Assembly: GCA_035776735.1 (NCBI GenBank) | Contig: DASSSO010000033.1 | Coordinates: 582 to 64,581 of the forward strand | Source: Gaiellaceae bacterium | GTDB lineage: Bacteria; Actinomycetota; Thermoleophilia; Gaiellales; Gaiellaceae | Direction of reading: 5' to 3' | Length of the DNA stretch: 64,000 nt | Shown here: piece after piece, positions 38,058 through 48,401 of the stretch | How positions within the stretch are numbered: position 1 is the stretch's first letter | Layout: each line of letters begins with the position of its first letter | Translations under genes and position numbers: made by a program | Notes under the pieces: generated by a model | Databases searched by the model: none | The model's input: the letters and a program-made list of their open reading frames with translations, nothing else | What the model was told of the DNA's origin: nothing

Positions 38058-38151
38058 CCGGGGACCCTCCTTCGACGTAGTGGCCGCCTGTCGACTCCCC
38101 TCGAAAACGCACAAGAGCCCGGCCGCAGCCCGACCCCATCTTCGCGGTCGG

Positions 38152-39414
38152 TTAGCCGAGCTCTCGACGAACGAGAGCCGTGACTCTAGCACAGAGGGAG
38201 GCCGCTTCTCGCTCGTTTTCGGCCTCCGCGAGAATCCTGACAAGAGGTTCGGTTCCGGAGGGACGGACGAGCACCCGAGCGCCCCCGTCCAGGTCGCGGT
38301 TGAGGCTCTGCACCTCGGCGAGCAGGTCGTCGGGGAGCTCGCGGATCGTCACCGGGAGGTTCTCCTTCACCTGCGCGAAGCGGGGCATCACGGCCGCCGC
38401 CTCGGCGAGGCTGCGGCCCTCCAGCGCGCGGCAGAGGAGGAGGGCGGCCGCGAGCCCGTCGCCCGTCACGTGGCCGTCGAGGCAGATCAGGTGGCCGGAC
38501 TGCTCGCCGCCGAGGATCGCGCCCTCGCGGCGGAGTGCCTCGAGGACGTAGCGGTCGCCCACGTCGGTCGTCACGACCCGGATCCCGTTGTCGGCCATCA
38601 GCCGGTGGAAGCCGAGGTTCGTCATCACGGTGACCACGACGGCGTCGACGCCGAGGTGCAGGGCGAGGATGGCCAGGATCTGGTCGCCGTCGACGATCTG
38701 GCCGGCGCCGTCGACGGCGAGCATGCGGTCGCCGTCGCCGTCGAAGGCCACGCCGAGGTCAGCCCCCCTCGCGACGACCTCGCGCTGGAGCGCGGCGAGG
38801 TGGGTTGCGCCCGAGTCGACGTTGATGTTCGTGCCGTCGGGCCTGTCGGCGATGGCGACCACGTCCGCGCCGAGACGCTCGAACGCGGCGGGCGCGATCC
38901 CCGAGTAGGCGCCGTTCGCGCAGTCGACCGCGATCCGCACGCCGTCGAGCGGCGAGCCGAAGCGATCGAGAACGTGATCCATGTAGCTGTCCGCGGCCAC
39001 GGCGACGTGGTCTATCGAGCCGCGCTCGGGACGAGGCGGCTCGTCGAGGAGCGCCTCGATCTCCTCCTCCGCCGCGTCGGTCAGCTTCTGCCCGTCGCCG
39101 TCGAAGAACTTGATCCCGTTGTACTCGGGCGGGTTGTGCGACGCGGAGACGACGATCCCGAGGTCGAGCGCCAGCAGGGCGACGGCGGGCGTCGGCAGCA
39201 CCCCGCCGAGCACCGCGTTGCCGCCGACCGACGCGACGCCCTCGGCGAAGGCCTCCTCCAGCATCGGCCCCGAGCCGCGCGTGTCCCGCCCGACGAAGAC
39301 GCGCCCGCCGCCGGACCAAAGCGCCGCCGCGCGGCCGAGCCGCTCGACGAGGTCGACCGTCAGCCCCTCGCCGACGATCCCGCGAACGCCGTCGGTGCCG
39401 AAGTACCTCCGCAC
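38152..39414 (-). CDS. glmM: phosphoglucosamine mutase
   Basis: RYFGTDGVRG and SASHNPPEYNGIKFF (phosphoserine loop). GTG 39414 was chosen to match the family N-terminus. Confidence 0.9.
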   Translation of the reverse strand: MRRYFGTDGVRGIVGEGLTVDLVERLGRAAALWSGGGRVFVGRDTRGSGPMLEEAFAEGVASVGGNAVLGGVLPTPAVALLALDLGIVVSASHNPPEYNGIKFFDGDGQKLTDAAEEEIEALLDEPPRPERGSIDHVAVAADSYMDHVLDRFGSPLDGVRIAVDCANGAYSGIAPAAFERLGADVVAIADRPDGTNINVDSGATHLAALQREVVARGADLGVAFDGDGDRMLAVDGAGQIVDGDQILAILALHLGVDAVVVTVMTNLGFHRLMADNGIRVVTTDVGDRYVLEALRREGAILGGEQSGHLICLDGHVTGDGLAAALLLCRALEGRSLAEAAAVMPRFAQVKENLPVTIRELPDDLLAEVQSLNRDLDGGARVLVRPSGTEPLVRILAEAENEREAASLCARVTALVRRELG

Positions 39415-39446
39415 GGCCGCGAACCTTAAGCGGAAAGCCTCGCCCA

Positions 39447-39467
39447 GGAACCGGCTTTGCCGGTTCC
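39447..39467 (-). other. 9-bp hairpin GGAACCGGC-AAA-GCCGGUUCC in the glmM leader
   Basis: Read directly. It lies 33 nt upstream of the glmM GTG. Confidence 0.6.
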
Positions 39468-39548
39468 TCCACAGCGGCTGCTGGAGACGGAAAGCGGTAG
39501 AGCGCGTCTGGGCCGCGCGGCGCGAAGCGCCGCCCGGCTTCATCGGGT

Positions 39549-39574
39549 CGCTGAAAGTCGGGAGACTTTCAGCG
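39549..39574 (-). other. 11-bp hairpin CGCUGAAAGUC-UCCC-GACUUUCAGCG downstream of rpsI
   Basis: Read directly. It begins 18 nt after the rpsI TAA and has no U-tract. Confidence 0.6.
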
Positions 39575-39591
39575 AAAGCGAGCGCCCCTCG

Positions 39592-39987
39592 TTACCGCTT
39601 ACTGAACTGAGGAGCCTTGCGAGCTTTATGGAGGCCGGCTTTCTTGCGCTCCACGATGCGGGCGTCGCGCGTGAGGAAGCCCTCGCGCTTGAGCACCGTC
39701 CGGAGCTCCGGATCGGCCTCGACGAGCGCCCGCGCCAGGCCGTGGCGGATCGCCTCAGCCTGGCCCGTCGGGCCGCCGCCCTCGACGCGGACGCGCAGGT
39801 CGTACGTCCCTTCGGCGCCGGCGACCTTCAGCGGCGCCATCAGCGCCGTGCGATGCGTCGCGCGCGGAAAGTACTCCTCGATTGTGCGGCCGTTGATCCA
39901 GGTCGCCCCGTCGCCGGGACGCAGGATCACGCGCGCGATCGACGTCTTCCGCTTGCCGGTGCCCTGGTACTGGGCGAGAGCGCTCAT
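39592..39987 (-). CDS. rpsI: 30S ribosomal protein S9
   Basis: [12 protein letters not shown], and C-terminal [13 protein letters not shown]. Confidence 0.95.
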   Translation of the reverse strand: MSALAQYQGTGKRKTSIARVILRPGDGATWINGRTIEEYFPRATHRTALMAPLKVAGAEGTYDLRVRVEGGGPTGQAEAIRHGLARALVEADPELRTVLKREGFLTRDARIVERKKAGLHKARKAPQFSKR

Positions 39988-40427
39988 GAGGTGACCTCCT
40001 CCGGCAGCGGCTTCGGGTCCTGGGCCTCGTGGGGATGCTCGGGCCCAGCGTAGATCTTGAGCTTCGTCAGCTGGGCGCGGCTGAGCCGGTTCCGGGGCAA
40101 CATTCCCTTGACCGCCTTCCGGAGGACCTCCGTCGGGCGCCGCTCGAGCTGCTCGCGGAGGGTGCGCGTCCGAAGGCCGCCGGGATAGCCCGAGTGCCGG
40201 TGGTAGAGCTTCTCGTCGAGCTTCTTGCCGGTGACGGCGATCTTCTCCGCGTTCACGACGATCACGAAGTCACCGGTGTCGACGTGCGGCGTGTACTGCG
40301 CCTTGTGCTTGCCGCGAAGCGTGTCCGCGATGCGCGTGGCCAGACGCCCGAGGGTCTGCCCCTCGGCGTCCACGACGTACCAGCGGCGATCGACCTCGCC
40401 CGGCTTTGCATTCCACGTTTTGCCCAT
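39984..40427 (-). CDS. rplM: 50S ribosomal protein L13
   Basis: [43 protein letters not shown]. Confidence 0.95.
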   Translation of the reverse strand: MGKTWNAKPGEVDRRWYVVDAEGQTLGRLATRIADTLRGKHKAQYTPHVDTGDFVIVVNAEKIAVTGKKLDEKLYHRHSGYPGGLRTRTLREQLERRPTEVLRKAVKGMLPRNRLSRAQLTKLKIYAGPEHPHEAQDPKPLPEEVTS

Positions 40428-40480
40428 ACGGAAGTGCGGCGGACCCCCGGCCCGCCGGCGGTGGATGGTAGCAGGCGAAT

Positions 40481-40615
40481 TCAGGACTCCTCGCCGTCCT
40501 TGCGCTGGCCGACCCAGACGGCGAGGGCGATCGCGACGATTAGGAGCGCCGACGAGGCCTCGACGATCGCGCCCGCGAGCCCGCCGTGGGCGACTAGCCC
40601 GAGGACAGCAGCCAC
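40481..40615 (-). CDS. possible 44-aa single-TM peptide
   Basis: The GTG overlaps the end of the upstream membrane-protein gene. The hydrophobic core [13 protein letters not shown] is followed by QRKDGEES. Only weak support. Confidence 0.25.
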   Translation of the reverse strand: MAAVLGLVAHGGLAGAIVEASSALLIVAIALAVWVGQRKDGEES

Positions 40616-41976
40616 AGGCCGGTGCAGGTGTAGAGGACCATGAGCGCGAGCATCGCGTACTGCGTGCGGATCGCGGTCTTCGCCGAGGAGAACATCGAGA
40701 TCGCCCGGTCGTGCGCCAGCGCGAGCCCGAGCACGTGGCCGACGACGAGCACGCCGACCTGCACGTACCAGACCGTGTTCGGGGCGAAGACGTTCTCGGC
40801 CGGCCTGAAGTCCGCCGTCCCGAAGAGATCCCAGCCCTTCCCGAAGGGATCCGACGCCAGGAAGATCGCGTCCTGCCCGGCGTCGACGAGCAGCGTGAAG
40901 TAGTGCGCGACGAGGTAGGCGAGCGCGATCGGGATCAGGCTGCCCACGAACGCACCGGCGAGCGGGGCGTCGGTGTGCCCGATCGCCTTCGCGGCCAGGA
41001 CGGCGAGCGCATAGAAGAGCCCGATCGCGACGACCGCAGCCAGGAGCCCCAGCAGGTTGAAGCCGAGCGAGACGAAGTCGGCCTTCGTCGGCGAGTCGAC
41101 GATGTAGCGGACCTCGAGCTCGTACAGCTGGTCCTGCCACCACGTCGCCCGGCTGAGCCCGTCGAACGCGACCGACCCGAGCATGACCGAGACGAAGGCC
41201 ACCGTCCCGTGCCTCGCGTCCCCGAGCACGAGGCCCGACAGCGGCGGACGCACGACCACCGTCCGGCGGCCGTCCTCGTCGCGGACGGCGAACGCCGAGA
41301 TCCGCGAGAGGAGGTCGAAGTAGACGTTGAACGCCTCGCCGTTCTCGAGCCAGGCCCGGCGCCCGTAGACGAGCATCCCGGCCCAGGTCACCCAGCTGTA
41401 GACGACGATCGCGAGCGCAAGCGTCCGCGGCTCGGCCGAGCGGGGCCAGGCGAGCTCGAGCGTCGCGAAGGCGAGGAGCAGCACGGCGGCGGGCCAGCGG
41501 CCGAGCCGTTCGGGATAGACGGCCGCCGGCTCCCAGGACCGGCCGAGCCGCGCCCAGAGCCAGGCGATCGCGTCGGCCACGGCCCGCCACGGGTTGAGCA
41601 CGCTCCAGAGGTTCCCGAAGACGACGATGAGCGGGACGAGCCCGAGCCAGAAGACGACCCAGATGAAGACGGGCGCGATGTTGTCGGCCGCATCCGGCCG
41701 GCCGAAGAGCGCGGCGAGCCAGACGACGAGCAGCAGCCCGGCCGCGACTCCCCCGAGGATGATCCGCCAGCCGGGCCAGAGGATCAGGCGCTGCCAGCCC
41801 TCGTCGAGCGGCCGCCCCCGCTCGCGGGCTGTCAGCCGCGGCTCCTTCCAGAGGACGCCGAGGGCGACGAAGGAGAGGATCAGGACGAGCGAGGCGCCGT
41901 AGTAGAACATCCAGCGCGGGATCGGGAGGTCCTGGATCTCGCCGATGCCGTGGGCGAGCGGAAGCGCGGCGTTCAC
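40594..41976 (-). CDS. conserved polytopic membrane protein (function unknown)
   Basis: About 12 TM segments and high third-codon GC. Translationally coupled to the upstream cupredoxin-like gene. Confidence 0.7.
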   Translation of the reverse strand: MNAALPLAHGIGEIQDLPIPRWMFYYGASLVLILSFVALGVLWKEPRLTARERGRPLDEGWQRLILWPGWRIILGGVAAGLLLVVWLAALFGRPDAADNIAPVFIWVVFWLGLVPLIVVFGNLWSVLNPWRAVADAIAWLWARLGRSWEPAAVYPERLGRWPAAVLLLAFATLELAWPRSAEPRTLALAIVVYSWVTWAGMLVYGRRAWLENGEAFNVYFDLLSRISAFAVRDEDGRRTVVVRPPLSGLVLGDARHGTVAFVSVMLGSVAFDGLSRATWWQDQLYELEVRYIVDSPTKADFVSLGFNLLGLLAAVVAIGLFYALAVLAAKAIGHTDAPLAGAFVGSLIPIALAYLVAHYFTLLVDAGQDAIFLASDPFGKGWDLFGTADFRPAENVFAPNTVWYVQVGVLVVGHVLGLALAHDRAISMFSSAKTAIRTQYAMLALMVLYTCTGLWLLSSG

Positions 41977-42425
41977 GGCTTCGTGGTGATCGTGGCGATC
42001 TGGACGCCGCGATCCTCGAGCTCGGCCTCGACGGTGCCGACGATCGTCGCCCGGAAGGAGATCTGTGCCGGCTGTCCCGGTGCGACGTCCCGCATGATGT
42101 CGTAGCCGTGGAGGTGGACGTGGTCCGCCACGTCCGAGGTGACGACGAGGACGACGCGGCGTCCCTTCGCGACGGTGACCCTTCGCGGACCGCCGACCGG
42201 AACCCCGTCGCGGATCGTGATCGGGACGCGCGCGGGCGGCGGCGGGCCTGGCGGAGGAGGCGGCGGCGTTGGCTGGGACGTGGTCTCCGTTTCCTGCGTC
42301 GTCGTCGCCTGCGCCGTCGTGCCAGGGCTTGCGGTCTCCTCGTCGTCGGTCGGTCGGAGGATCACGAAGAGGCTCGCGGCGAGGATCACGGCGGCGACGA
42401 GCAGGAGGATCGACCTGGGACGCAT
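41973..42425 (-). CDS. membrane-anchored cupredoxin-like domain protein with a Thr/Pro-rich linker
   Basis: N-terminal TM segment and a low-complexity TTQETETTSQPTPPPPPPGPPPP linker. The beta domain has VVLVVTSDVADHVHLHGYD. Metal binding is inferred only. Confidence 0.55.
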   Translation of the reverse strand: MRPRSILLLVAAVILAASLFVILRPTDDEETASPGTTAQATTTQETETTSQPTPPPPPPGPPPPARVPITIRDGVPVGGPRRVTVAKGRRVVLVVTSDVADHVHLHGYDIMRDVAPGQPAQISFRATIVGTVEAELEDRGVQIATITTKP

Positions 42426-42426
42426 C

Positions 42427-42936
42427 TCAGCGTATGGATAGCAGCAAGCCCTCGCGGAAGGCGGCGGCGCCGCCGTGCGAGGGGTGGCGCACGTAGCGGC
42501 CGCCGAGGACGGCGTGCGCGAGGCGGCCCACGGGGATGGGAGTCCGTCCGGAGAGGAGCACGCGCAGGAAGGGCATCGCCTCCCGTACTTCGGCGCTCGT
42601 CGGCCGCCGGTTCGCCGCCTCCGTCCCGGGATGGGTGGGCACGACGTTCCAGAGCAGCACCTCCTCCTCGGCGCCGAGGTCCGAGAGCGCGCGGTGGACG
42701 ATGGTCGCGCTCGCCTCCGCAGGCCCTGTGCCGGTCAGCTGGCGCTCGGACGTGAAGGGCAGGCCGCTGACGCGCGCGCCGCGATAACCGGCGGCCTCGC
42801 CCACGAGCACGAAGCGCGCGCCGCGGCGGCGCTCCAGGTACTCGGCGAGGCGGGTGCGGCGCAGCTCCGAGCCCGCGTACTGGTTGAAGGTCTCCCCGAT
42901 CCGCGCCCGGGCGAGGTCGTCGACGAAGCCCCTCAC
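42427..42936 (-). CDS. uracil-DNA glycosylase superfamily protein
   Basis: VLVGEAAGYRGARVSG resembles the GE(A/P)PG motif, and VRHPSHGG resembles the HPS motif. Confidence 0.6.
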   Translation of the reverse strand: MRGFVDDLARARIGETFNQYAGSELRRTRLAEYLERRRGARFVLVGEAAGYRGARVSGLPFTSERQLTGTGPAEASATIVHRALSDLGAEEEVLLWNVVPTHPGTEAANRRPTSAEVREAMPFLRVLLSGRTPIPVGRLAHAVLGGRYVRHPSHGGAAAFREGLLLSIR

Positions 42937-43018
42937 CCGTGCTCGGAGAAGGCGATCACGCAGTGGGCCGGTGGCATCGGCACGACTGGATTCTTGCCGT
43001 TCCGGAAAGATCTCCGGC

Positions 43019-44056
43019 GTGCTCGAGGTGAGAACGCTGACGGACGGCGGCCAGGATGCGCTCGACGTCGCCCGGCAGATCGCGGACTTCGTCGAGGGCG
43101 CTCGGTCGACGCTCGACTTCGCCCACTACGACTTCCACATCGCCGGTGAGACCAAGGAGGTCGTCGGCGGCGCGATCAAGGCTGCGGCTGCACGCGGAGT
43201 CGCAGTCCGGTTCCTTTACAACTTGGATCACCGGAACCCGATCCCGGTTCCGCCGCCTCCCGAGCCCGACGGGAAGCTGATCGCGTCGTTCGCCGTGCCG
43301 GTCAGGGCGATCGCGGGCGTTCCGGACCTGATGCACCACAAGTATGTCGTTCGGGACGGCGAGACGGTCTGGACCGGGTCGACGAACTGGACCGACGACT
43401 CGTGGCTGCGTCAGGAGAACGTGATCGTGATCGCGGAGTCGCGCGAGCTGGCAGCCCGGTTCACGGAGAACTTCGACGAGCTGTGGGACACAGGGGCGGT
43501 CGAGCGGAGCGGCTTCGTGACGTCGCGGCCGGTCGCCGTGGGAACGCTGGAGGTGCGGCCGTGGTTCACGCCCGGCAACGGCGAGGATCTCTCGCACCGG
43601 ATCGGCAAGGCGATCGGGCGCGCACGCCGCCGTGTCCGCATTGCCTCCCCCGTGATCACCGCGGCGCCCATCCTGTCGACCCTGGCGGAGAAGATCTCGG
43701 AAGGGAAGCTGGACGTCGCCGGCTGCGTCGACCAGCCGCAGGTGCGCGGCGTCATCTACCAGTGGCGAGAGAACGGCAACATCGCCTGGAAGCTGCCGCT
43801 CCTCGAGCGGGTGATGCAGGCGCCGTTCTCCGGGAAGCGGTCGACCCCGTGGGGGCCCGGCACGCTCCACGACTTCATGCACGCGAAGGTCACGGTCGCC
43901 GACGACACAGTCTTCGCGGGGAGCTACAACCTCTCCCGCTCGGGCGAGCTCAACGCAGAGAATGTGCTCGAGTTCAGGGATCCGGACCTGGCCGACCGCC
44001 TCGCCGGGTACATCGACGACGTCCGGGCGCTCTACCCGCCCTTCTCGCCCGAGTAG
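43019..44056 (+). CDS. phospholipase D-like protein with two HKD motifs
   Basis: HHKYVVRDGETVWTGSTNW and HAKVTVADDTVFAGSYNLSRSG. The GTG start is tentative (43019 or 43028). Confidence 0.8.
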   Translation: MLEVRTLTDGGQDALDVARQIADFVEGARSTLDFAHYDFHIAGETKEVVGGAIKAAAARGVAVRFLYNLDHRNPIPVPPPPEPDGKLIASFAVPVRAIAGVPDLMHHKYVVRDGETVWTGSTNWTDDSWLRQENVIVIAESRELAARFTENFDELWDTGAVERSGFVTSRPVAVGTLEVRPWFTPGNGEDLSHRIGKAIGRARRRVRIASPVITAAPILSTLAEKISEGKLDVAGCVDQPQVRGVIYQWRENGNIAWKLPLLERVMQAPFSGKRSTPWGPGTLHDFMHAKVTVADDTVFAGSYNLSRSGELNAENVLEFRDPDLADRLAGYIDDVRALYPPFSPE

Positions 44057-44060
44057 GCAC

Positions 44061-44672
44061 TCACCACCGGTCCCAGCGAACGACCTCCTCGCGCGCCTTC
44101 CGCCGCTTCGTGAAGACGCTCGCGCCGCTGCTCGGCTCGTCTGGACCGTCCGCCGGGTAGCCCATGGTCACGACGGCGACGAAACGCACGTCGTCCGGCA
44201 GCCCCAGCGTCTCCCGGAGAGCGGAAAGGTCGGTGACGCCGAAGATCGCGGTGTCGAGCCCCTCGTCGATCGCGGCGAGCATCAGCGCCATCGCCGCCGC
44301 GCCCGCGTCGACGTACCAGTACGGCGCCGGCCAGTCGATCTCGCGCCCGCCGGTGATCCGGAGCTTGTCCTGCTGCCGGTAGCGGTCGTGATAGTCGTCC
44401 TCGCGGGTCAGGACGACCATCTGCACCGGCGCCGCGGCCTTCCAGCGGGGCCGTCCCTGCGCGGCGAGCTCGTCCTCCTTGGCGGCGGTCGCGATTTGCC
44501 GCCGCGTCTCGGGATCGGTGACGACGACGATCCGCAGGCCCTGCGAGAAGCCGGCGCTCGGAGCCCAGACGACGGCCGCGTTCGCGATCCGCTCCAGCAC
44601 GTCGCGCGGCACCGTCCGGTCGGCGTACGTACGGACGCTTCGCCGCCTGGTCAGGACGTCGCGAAACTCCAC
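44061..44672 (-). CDS. nitroreductase-family protein
   Basis: RRSVRTY.DR.VP...L..I, and a later P.WYVDAG.A.M.LMLAA block. Confidence 0.8.
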   Translation of the reverse strand: MEFRDVLTRRRSVRTYADRTVPRDVLERIANAAVVWAPSAGFSQGLRIVVVTDPETRRQIATAAKEDELAAQGRPRWKAAAPVQMVVLTREDDYHDRYRQQDKLRITGGREIDWPAPYWYVDAGAAAMALMLAAIDEGLDTAIFGVTDLSALRETLGLPDDVRFVAVVTMGYPADGPDEPSSGASVFTKRRKAREEVVRWDRW

Positions 44673-44685
44673 CGGAACGCGGGCG

Positions 44686-45087
44686 TCAGATTCCGATCAG
44701 GACGGCGCCGGGCGGCTCGGCCTCCAAGCGCCCGGCCTCGATCTCGCTCGCGATCCGGTCCTCGATCCGGCCGAGCCCGATGCGGTGCGTCGTCCGCCAG
44801 GTGCGGGTCTCCGCCGGCGGGCCGTCTGTGTGCGCCCGGATGTTCGGCCGCGCAAAGCTCAGCCCGCGCTCCAGTAGCCAGATCACGAACAGCGGGACGA
44901 TCAGCACCCACGTGATCCAGCCCGTGTCGACCGAGATCAGCCGCACGATGAGCACGAGCATGATCAGGGTCGCGATCAGGCTGGGCCAGAAGAACGGCTC
45001 CTGCCGTCTCTCCGCGAACGACGTCCGCTGCGAGACGCGCTCGAGCTGCCAGGTCCTGCCGTCGGGCGAACGAACGGTGCGGCTCAC
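44686..45087 (-). CDS. hypothetical 2-TM membrane protein
   Basis: FFWPSLIATLIMLVLIVRLI and WITWVLIVPLFVIWLL. No family recognised. Confidence 0.5.
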   Translation of the reverse strand: MSRTVRSPDGRTWQLERVSQRTSFAERRQEPFFWPSLIATLIMLVLIVRLISVDTGWITWVLIVPLFVIWLLERGLSFARPNIRAHTDGPPAETRTWRTTHRIGLGRIEDRIASEIEAGRLEAEPPGAVLIGI

Positions 45088-45116
45088 GGGAGCCGATCAT
45101 ACGCCGGACGCCGCAA

Positions 45117-45311
45117 TCAGGTCGCTAGCGCGATCAGGGCGGCGATCAGCACGATGACGCCGACCACGAGCAGGGCGGCGGTGATCGCGGCTCCGAGCAG
45201 GATCCGCTTGGCCTCGCGCGTCAGCCGCTCGCGCAGCGGCCGCGGATCGTCGGCCGTGAGGATGCGGATCGCGCGCCGCAGCACCCAGAAGCCGATGAAC
45301 CGGTGAATCAC
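45117..45311 (-). CDS. hypothetical small membrane protein (64 aa)
   Basis: C-terminal TM segment LLGAAITAALLVVGVIVLIAALIALA. Confidence 0.4.
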   Translation of the reverse strand: MIHRFIGFWVLRRAIRILTADDPRPLRERLTREAKRILLGAAITAALLVVGVIVLIAALIALAT

Positions 45312-45504
45312 GGCTGCCGGACGACGTTCAGAGATCCGCTCCCCGGTTGCGCGCGATCCACGTGTCGCAGACCACGGTCCCGATCCCGACCAGCACGCCG
45401 GACGCGAGCGCGCCGCCGACGCCGGTGAAGAACAGCGCCACGACGACCGTGATCGGAACGCCGACCAGCGTCAGCCGCCACCGATCCGCGGCGGCGCGAA
45501 CCGG

Positions 45505-47142
45505 CTACTCCCACTCGATGGTGCTCGGCGGCTTCGACGAGATGTCGAGCGCGACGCGGTTCACGCCGGGGATCTCGTTGATGATCCGGCTCGAGATCGT
45601 CTCGAGCAGGTCGTAGGGCAGGCGCGCCCAGTCTGCGGTCATCGCGTCCTCGGAGGTGACCGCGCGGATCACGATCGGGTACGCGTACGTCCGCTCGTCG
45701 CCCTGGACGCCGACCGACCGGATCGCCGGGAGCACGGCGAACGACTGCCAGAGGTCGCGGTAGAGCCCGGCACGCCGCACCTCCTCCTGGAGGATCGCGT
45801 CGGCCTCGCGCAGGATCTCGAGCCGCTCGTGCGTGACGGCGCCGATGATCCGGATCGCGAGCCCCGGGCCCGGGAAGGGCTGTCGCCAGACCATCCGCTC
45901 GGGCAGCCCCAGCTCCTCGCCGACGCGCCGCACTTCGTCCTTGAAGAGCAGCCGCAGCGGCTCGACGAGCTCGAAGTCGACCTCCTCGGGGAGGCCGCCC
46001 ACGTTGTGGTGCGACTTGATCATCGCCGCGACCCCCTCGGTGCCGCCCGACTCGATCACGTCGGAGTAGAGCGTGCCCTGGACGAGGTACCGGATGCGGC
46101 CCAGCCGAGGCGCCGACTTGGCAGCGCCGCCTGGAGGATGGTCGGGCTTTGCCCGACCGTCCGCAAGACGCTTCGCTTCCTCCTCGAAGACGCGGATGAA
46201 CTCCTCGCCGACGCGCTTGCGCTTCTCCTCGGGGTCCTCGACGCCCTCGAGCCGCGTCAGGAACCGCTCCTCGGCCTCCACGTGCACGAGCGGGATGTGG
46301 AAGTGGCCGCGGAACGTCTCGACTACCTGCACCGCCTCGTCCTTGCGCAGCAGCCCGTGATCGACGAAGACGCAGGCGAGCTGGTCGCCGACCGCCTTGT
46401 GGACCAGCAGCGCAGCGACCGCGGAGTCCACGCCGCCGGAGAGCGCGCAGAGGACGCGCTCGCTTCCGACCTGCGCCCGGATCCGCTCGACCTGCTCCTC
46501 GATCACCGCCGCCGCCGTCCACGCGGGCGGGGCCTGCGCGACCCCGTAGAGGAAGTTCTTCAGCACCTCGTTGCCGAACGCCGTGTGCACGACCTCCGGG
46601 TGGAACTGCACGCCGTAGAGCCCCCGCGCCGGCGCCTCGAAGGCGGCGATCGGCGTCGAGGGCGAGGACGCGGTCACCTCGGCCCCCTCCGGGGCGGCCG
46701 TCACCGAGTCGCGGTGGCTCATCCAGACGACCTGCTCGGCAGGCGTCTGCTCCAGGAGCGCGCCGCCGCCGGCCCGCAGCTCCGTGCGCCCGAACTCCGA
46801 GGCTCCCGTCCGCTCGACCTTCCCGCCGAGGTCGCGCGCCATCAGCTGCATGCCGTAGCAGATCCCGAGGATCGGGACGCCGAGCTCCCAGAGGCCCGGG
46901 TCCACGTCGGGCGCCTCCTCCGCGTAGACCGACGCAGGCCCGCCGCTGAGGACGATCGCGCGCGGGTTCCGCGCCCGCAGCGCCTGGGCCGGCGTCCGGT
47001 GGGACACGAGCTCCGAGTAGACGCGGCACTCGCGGACCCTGCGGGCGATCAGCTGCGAGTACTGGCCGCCGAGGTCGACGACGAGGACCGGGCGATCCTC
47101 CGCTCGGTCGTCGGCGCGCTCGAACGGAAGGATCTCGGCCAT
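45505..47142 (-). CDS. guaA: GMP synthase (glutamine-hydrolysing)
   Basis: GATase CYGMQ...HPE, ATP-PPase SGGVDS, and C-terminal [12 protein letters not shown] 47142. The track ORF extends further only as a GC artefact. Confidence 0.95.
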   Translation of the reverse strand: MAEILPFERADDRAEDRPVLVVDLGGQYSQLIARRVRECRVYSELVSHRTPAQALRARNPRAIVLSGGPASVYAEEAPDVDPGLWELGVPILGICYGMQLMARDLGGKVERTGASEFGRTELRAGGGALLEQTPAEQVVWMSHRDSVTAAPEGAEVTASSPSTPIAAFEAPARGLYGVQFHPEVVHTAFGNEVLKNFLYGVAQAPPAWTAAAVIEEQVERIRAQVGSERVLCALSGGVDSAVAALLVHKAVGDQLACVFVDHGLLRKDEAVQVVETFRGHFHIPLVHVEAEERFLTRLEGVEDPEEKRKRVGEEFIRVFEEEAKRLADGRAKPDHPPGGAAKSAPRLGRIRYLVQGTLYSDVIESGGTEGVAAMIKSHHNVGGLPEEVDFELVEPLRLLFKDEVRRVGEELGLPERMVWRQPFPGPGLAIRIIGAVTHERLEILREADAILQEEVRRAGLYRDLWQSFAVLPAIRSVGVQGDERTYAYPIVIRAVTSEDAMTADWARLPYDLLETISSRIINEIPGVNRVALDISSKPPSTIEWE

Positions 47143-47192
47143 CAGTGCTCCCCCAGGTGATGCTGCCCCGCGTGCATCGCTTGGGCGAGCAC

Positions 47193-48350
47193 CTAGCCCA
47201 TTCCGATCCGCTGCGACTGCTGGAGGCCTTTGCCCTCGGTCTTGATCGAGGGCGCGAGCATGATCTCGGCCTTCTGGAAGTCGTGGATCGACTCGTAGCC
47301 GCAGGTCGCCATCGCCGTCCGCAGCGCGCCCATCAGGTTCAGCGTGCCGTCGTTCTCGGTCGCCGGGCCGATCACGATCTGCTCGAGCGTCGCGACCTGG
47401 TCGACCTGCACGCGCGCGCCGCGCGGAAGCGTCGGATGGAAGGTCGCCATGCCCCAGTGGTAGCCGAGGCCGGGCGCCTCCTTGGCGCGGGCGAGCGGCG
47501 ACCCGACCATGACGGCATCGGCGCCGCAGGCGATCGCCTTTGCGATGTCGCCGCCGGTTCGCATCCCGCCGTCGGCGATCACGTTCACGTACGTGCCCGT
47601 CTCGAGCAGGTGCTGGACGCGGGCGGCGCTCGCGTCCGAGATCGCCGTCGCCTGCGGGACGCCGACGCCGAGGACGCCGCGGGTCGTGCAGGCCGCACCC
47701 GGCCCGACGCCGACGAGCACCGCAGCGGCCCCCGTCCGCATCAGGTGCAGCGCCGTCTGGTACGAGGCGCAGCCGCCGACGATGACGGGGATCGGCAGCG
47801 CCGAGATGAACTCCTTCAGGTTCAGGGCCGAGCCGTTCGAGGACACGTGCTCGGCCGAGACCACCGTCCCCTGGATCACGAGGATGTCGAGCCCGGCGGC
47901 GAGCGCGATCTCGTAGTGCTCGCGCACCCGCTGCGGGGTCAACGACCCGGCTGCGAGCACGCCTTTGGACTTGATCTCCTCGATCCGGCGGGCAATCAGC
48001 CGCGGCTCGACCGGCTGCGCGTAGATCTTCTGCATCGCCGCCGTCGCCTTCTCCTTTGGGAGCTTGGCGATCTTGGCGAGCTGGATGTCGGCGTCCTCGT
48101 AGCGGGTGAAGATCCCCTCGAGGTTGAGGACGCCGAGGCCGCCGAGCTCGCCGAGCTTGACCGCAGTCTCCGGCGAGACCACGCCGTCCATGGCCGACGC
48201 CAGCAGGGGAAGCTCGAGCAGGTGCGGGCCGAGCTTCCACCCGATGTCGACGTCCTGAGGGTCGCGCGTCCGCCGGCTCGGGACGATCGCGATGTCGTCG
48301 AAGCCGTAGGCCTGACGGGCCTTCTTCCCCCTCCCGATCTCAATCTCCAT
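47193..48350 (-). CDS. IMP dehydrogenase-family protein lacking the CBS pair (GuaB3-like)
   Basis: [28 protein letters not shown] and VMVGS. ATG 48350 follows GGAGGG. Confidence 0.8.
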   Translation of the reverse strand: MEIEIGRGKKARQAYGFDDIAIVPSRRTRDPQDVDIGWKLGPHLLELPLLASAMDGVVSPETAVKLGELGGLGVLNLEGIFTRYEDADIQLAKIAKLPKEKATAAMQKIYAQPVEPRLIARRIEEIKSKGVLAAGSLTPQRVREHYEIALAAGLDILVIQGTVVSAEHVSSNGSALNLKEFISALPIPVIVGGCASYQTALHLMRTGAAAVLVGVGPGAACTTRGVLGVGVPQATAISDASAARVQHLLETGTYVNVIADGGMRTGGDIAKAIACGADAVMVGSPLARAKEAPGLGYHWGMATFHPTLPRGARVQVDQVATLEQIVIGPATENDGTLNLMGALRTAMATCGYESIHDFQKAEIMLAPSIKTEGKGLQQSQRIGMG

Positions 48351-48371
48351 GTTGCCCTCCTGAAGCACAAA

Positions 48372-48401
48372 GGCCCAGGCTCCTCGCGGTTGGCCTGGGC
48401 C
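48372..48401 (-). terminator. 9-bp GC hairpin followed on the minus strand by UUUGUGCUU (terminator or attenuator between pfkB and the guaB3-like gene)
   Basis: ggcccaggc / gcctgggcc with a 12-nt loop. The U-rich tract runs directly into the guaB3-like Shine-Dalgarno. Confidence 0.4.

Noticed and set aside
38058-38151. Possible glmS ribozyme in the 94-nt glmM-glmS spacer.
   Set aside because: I could not find the conserved ribozyme core segments, and the spacer is shorter than the ribozyme. To my knowledge the ribozyme is mainly found in Firmicutes and a few other groups.
45328-45504. A possible small TM peptide (…LTLVGVPITVVVALFFTGVGGALASGVLVGIGTVVCDTWIARNRGADL) directly downstream of guaA, in the same frame.
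   Set aside because: There is no canonical start codon at the beginning of the hydrophobic region; the only in-frame GTG would truncate the first helix. It is below the size cutoff and I recognise no homology, so I left it unannotated.
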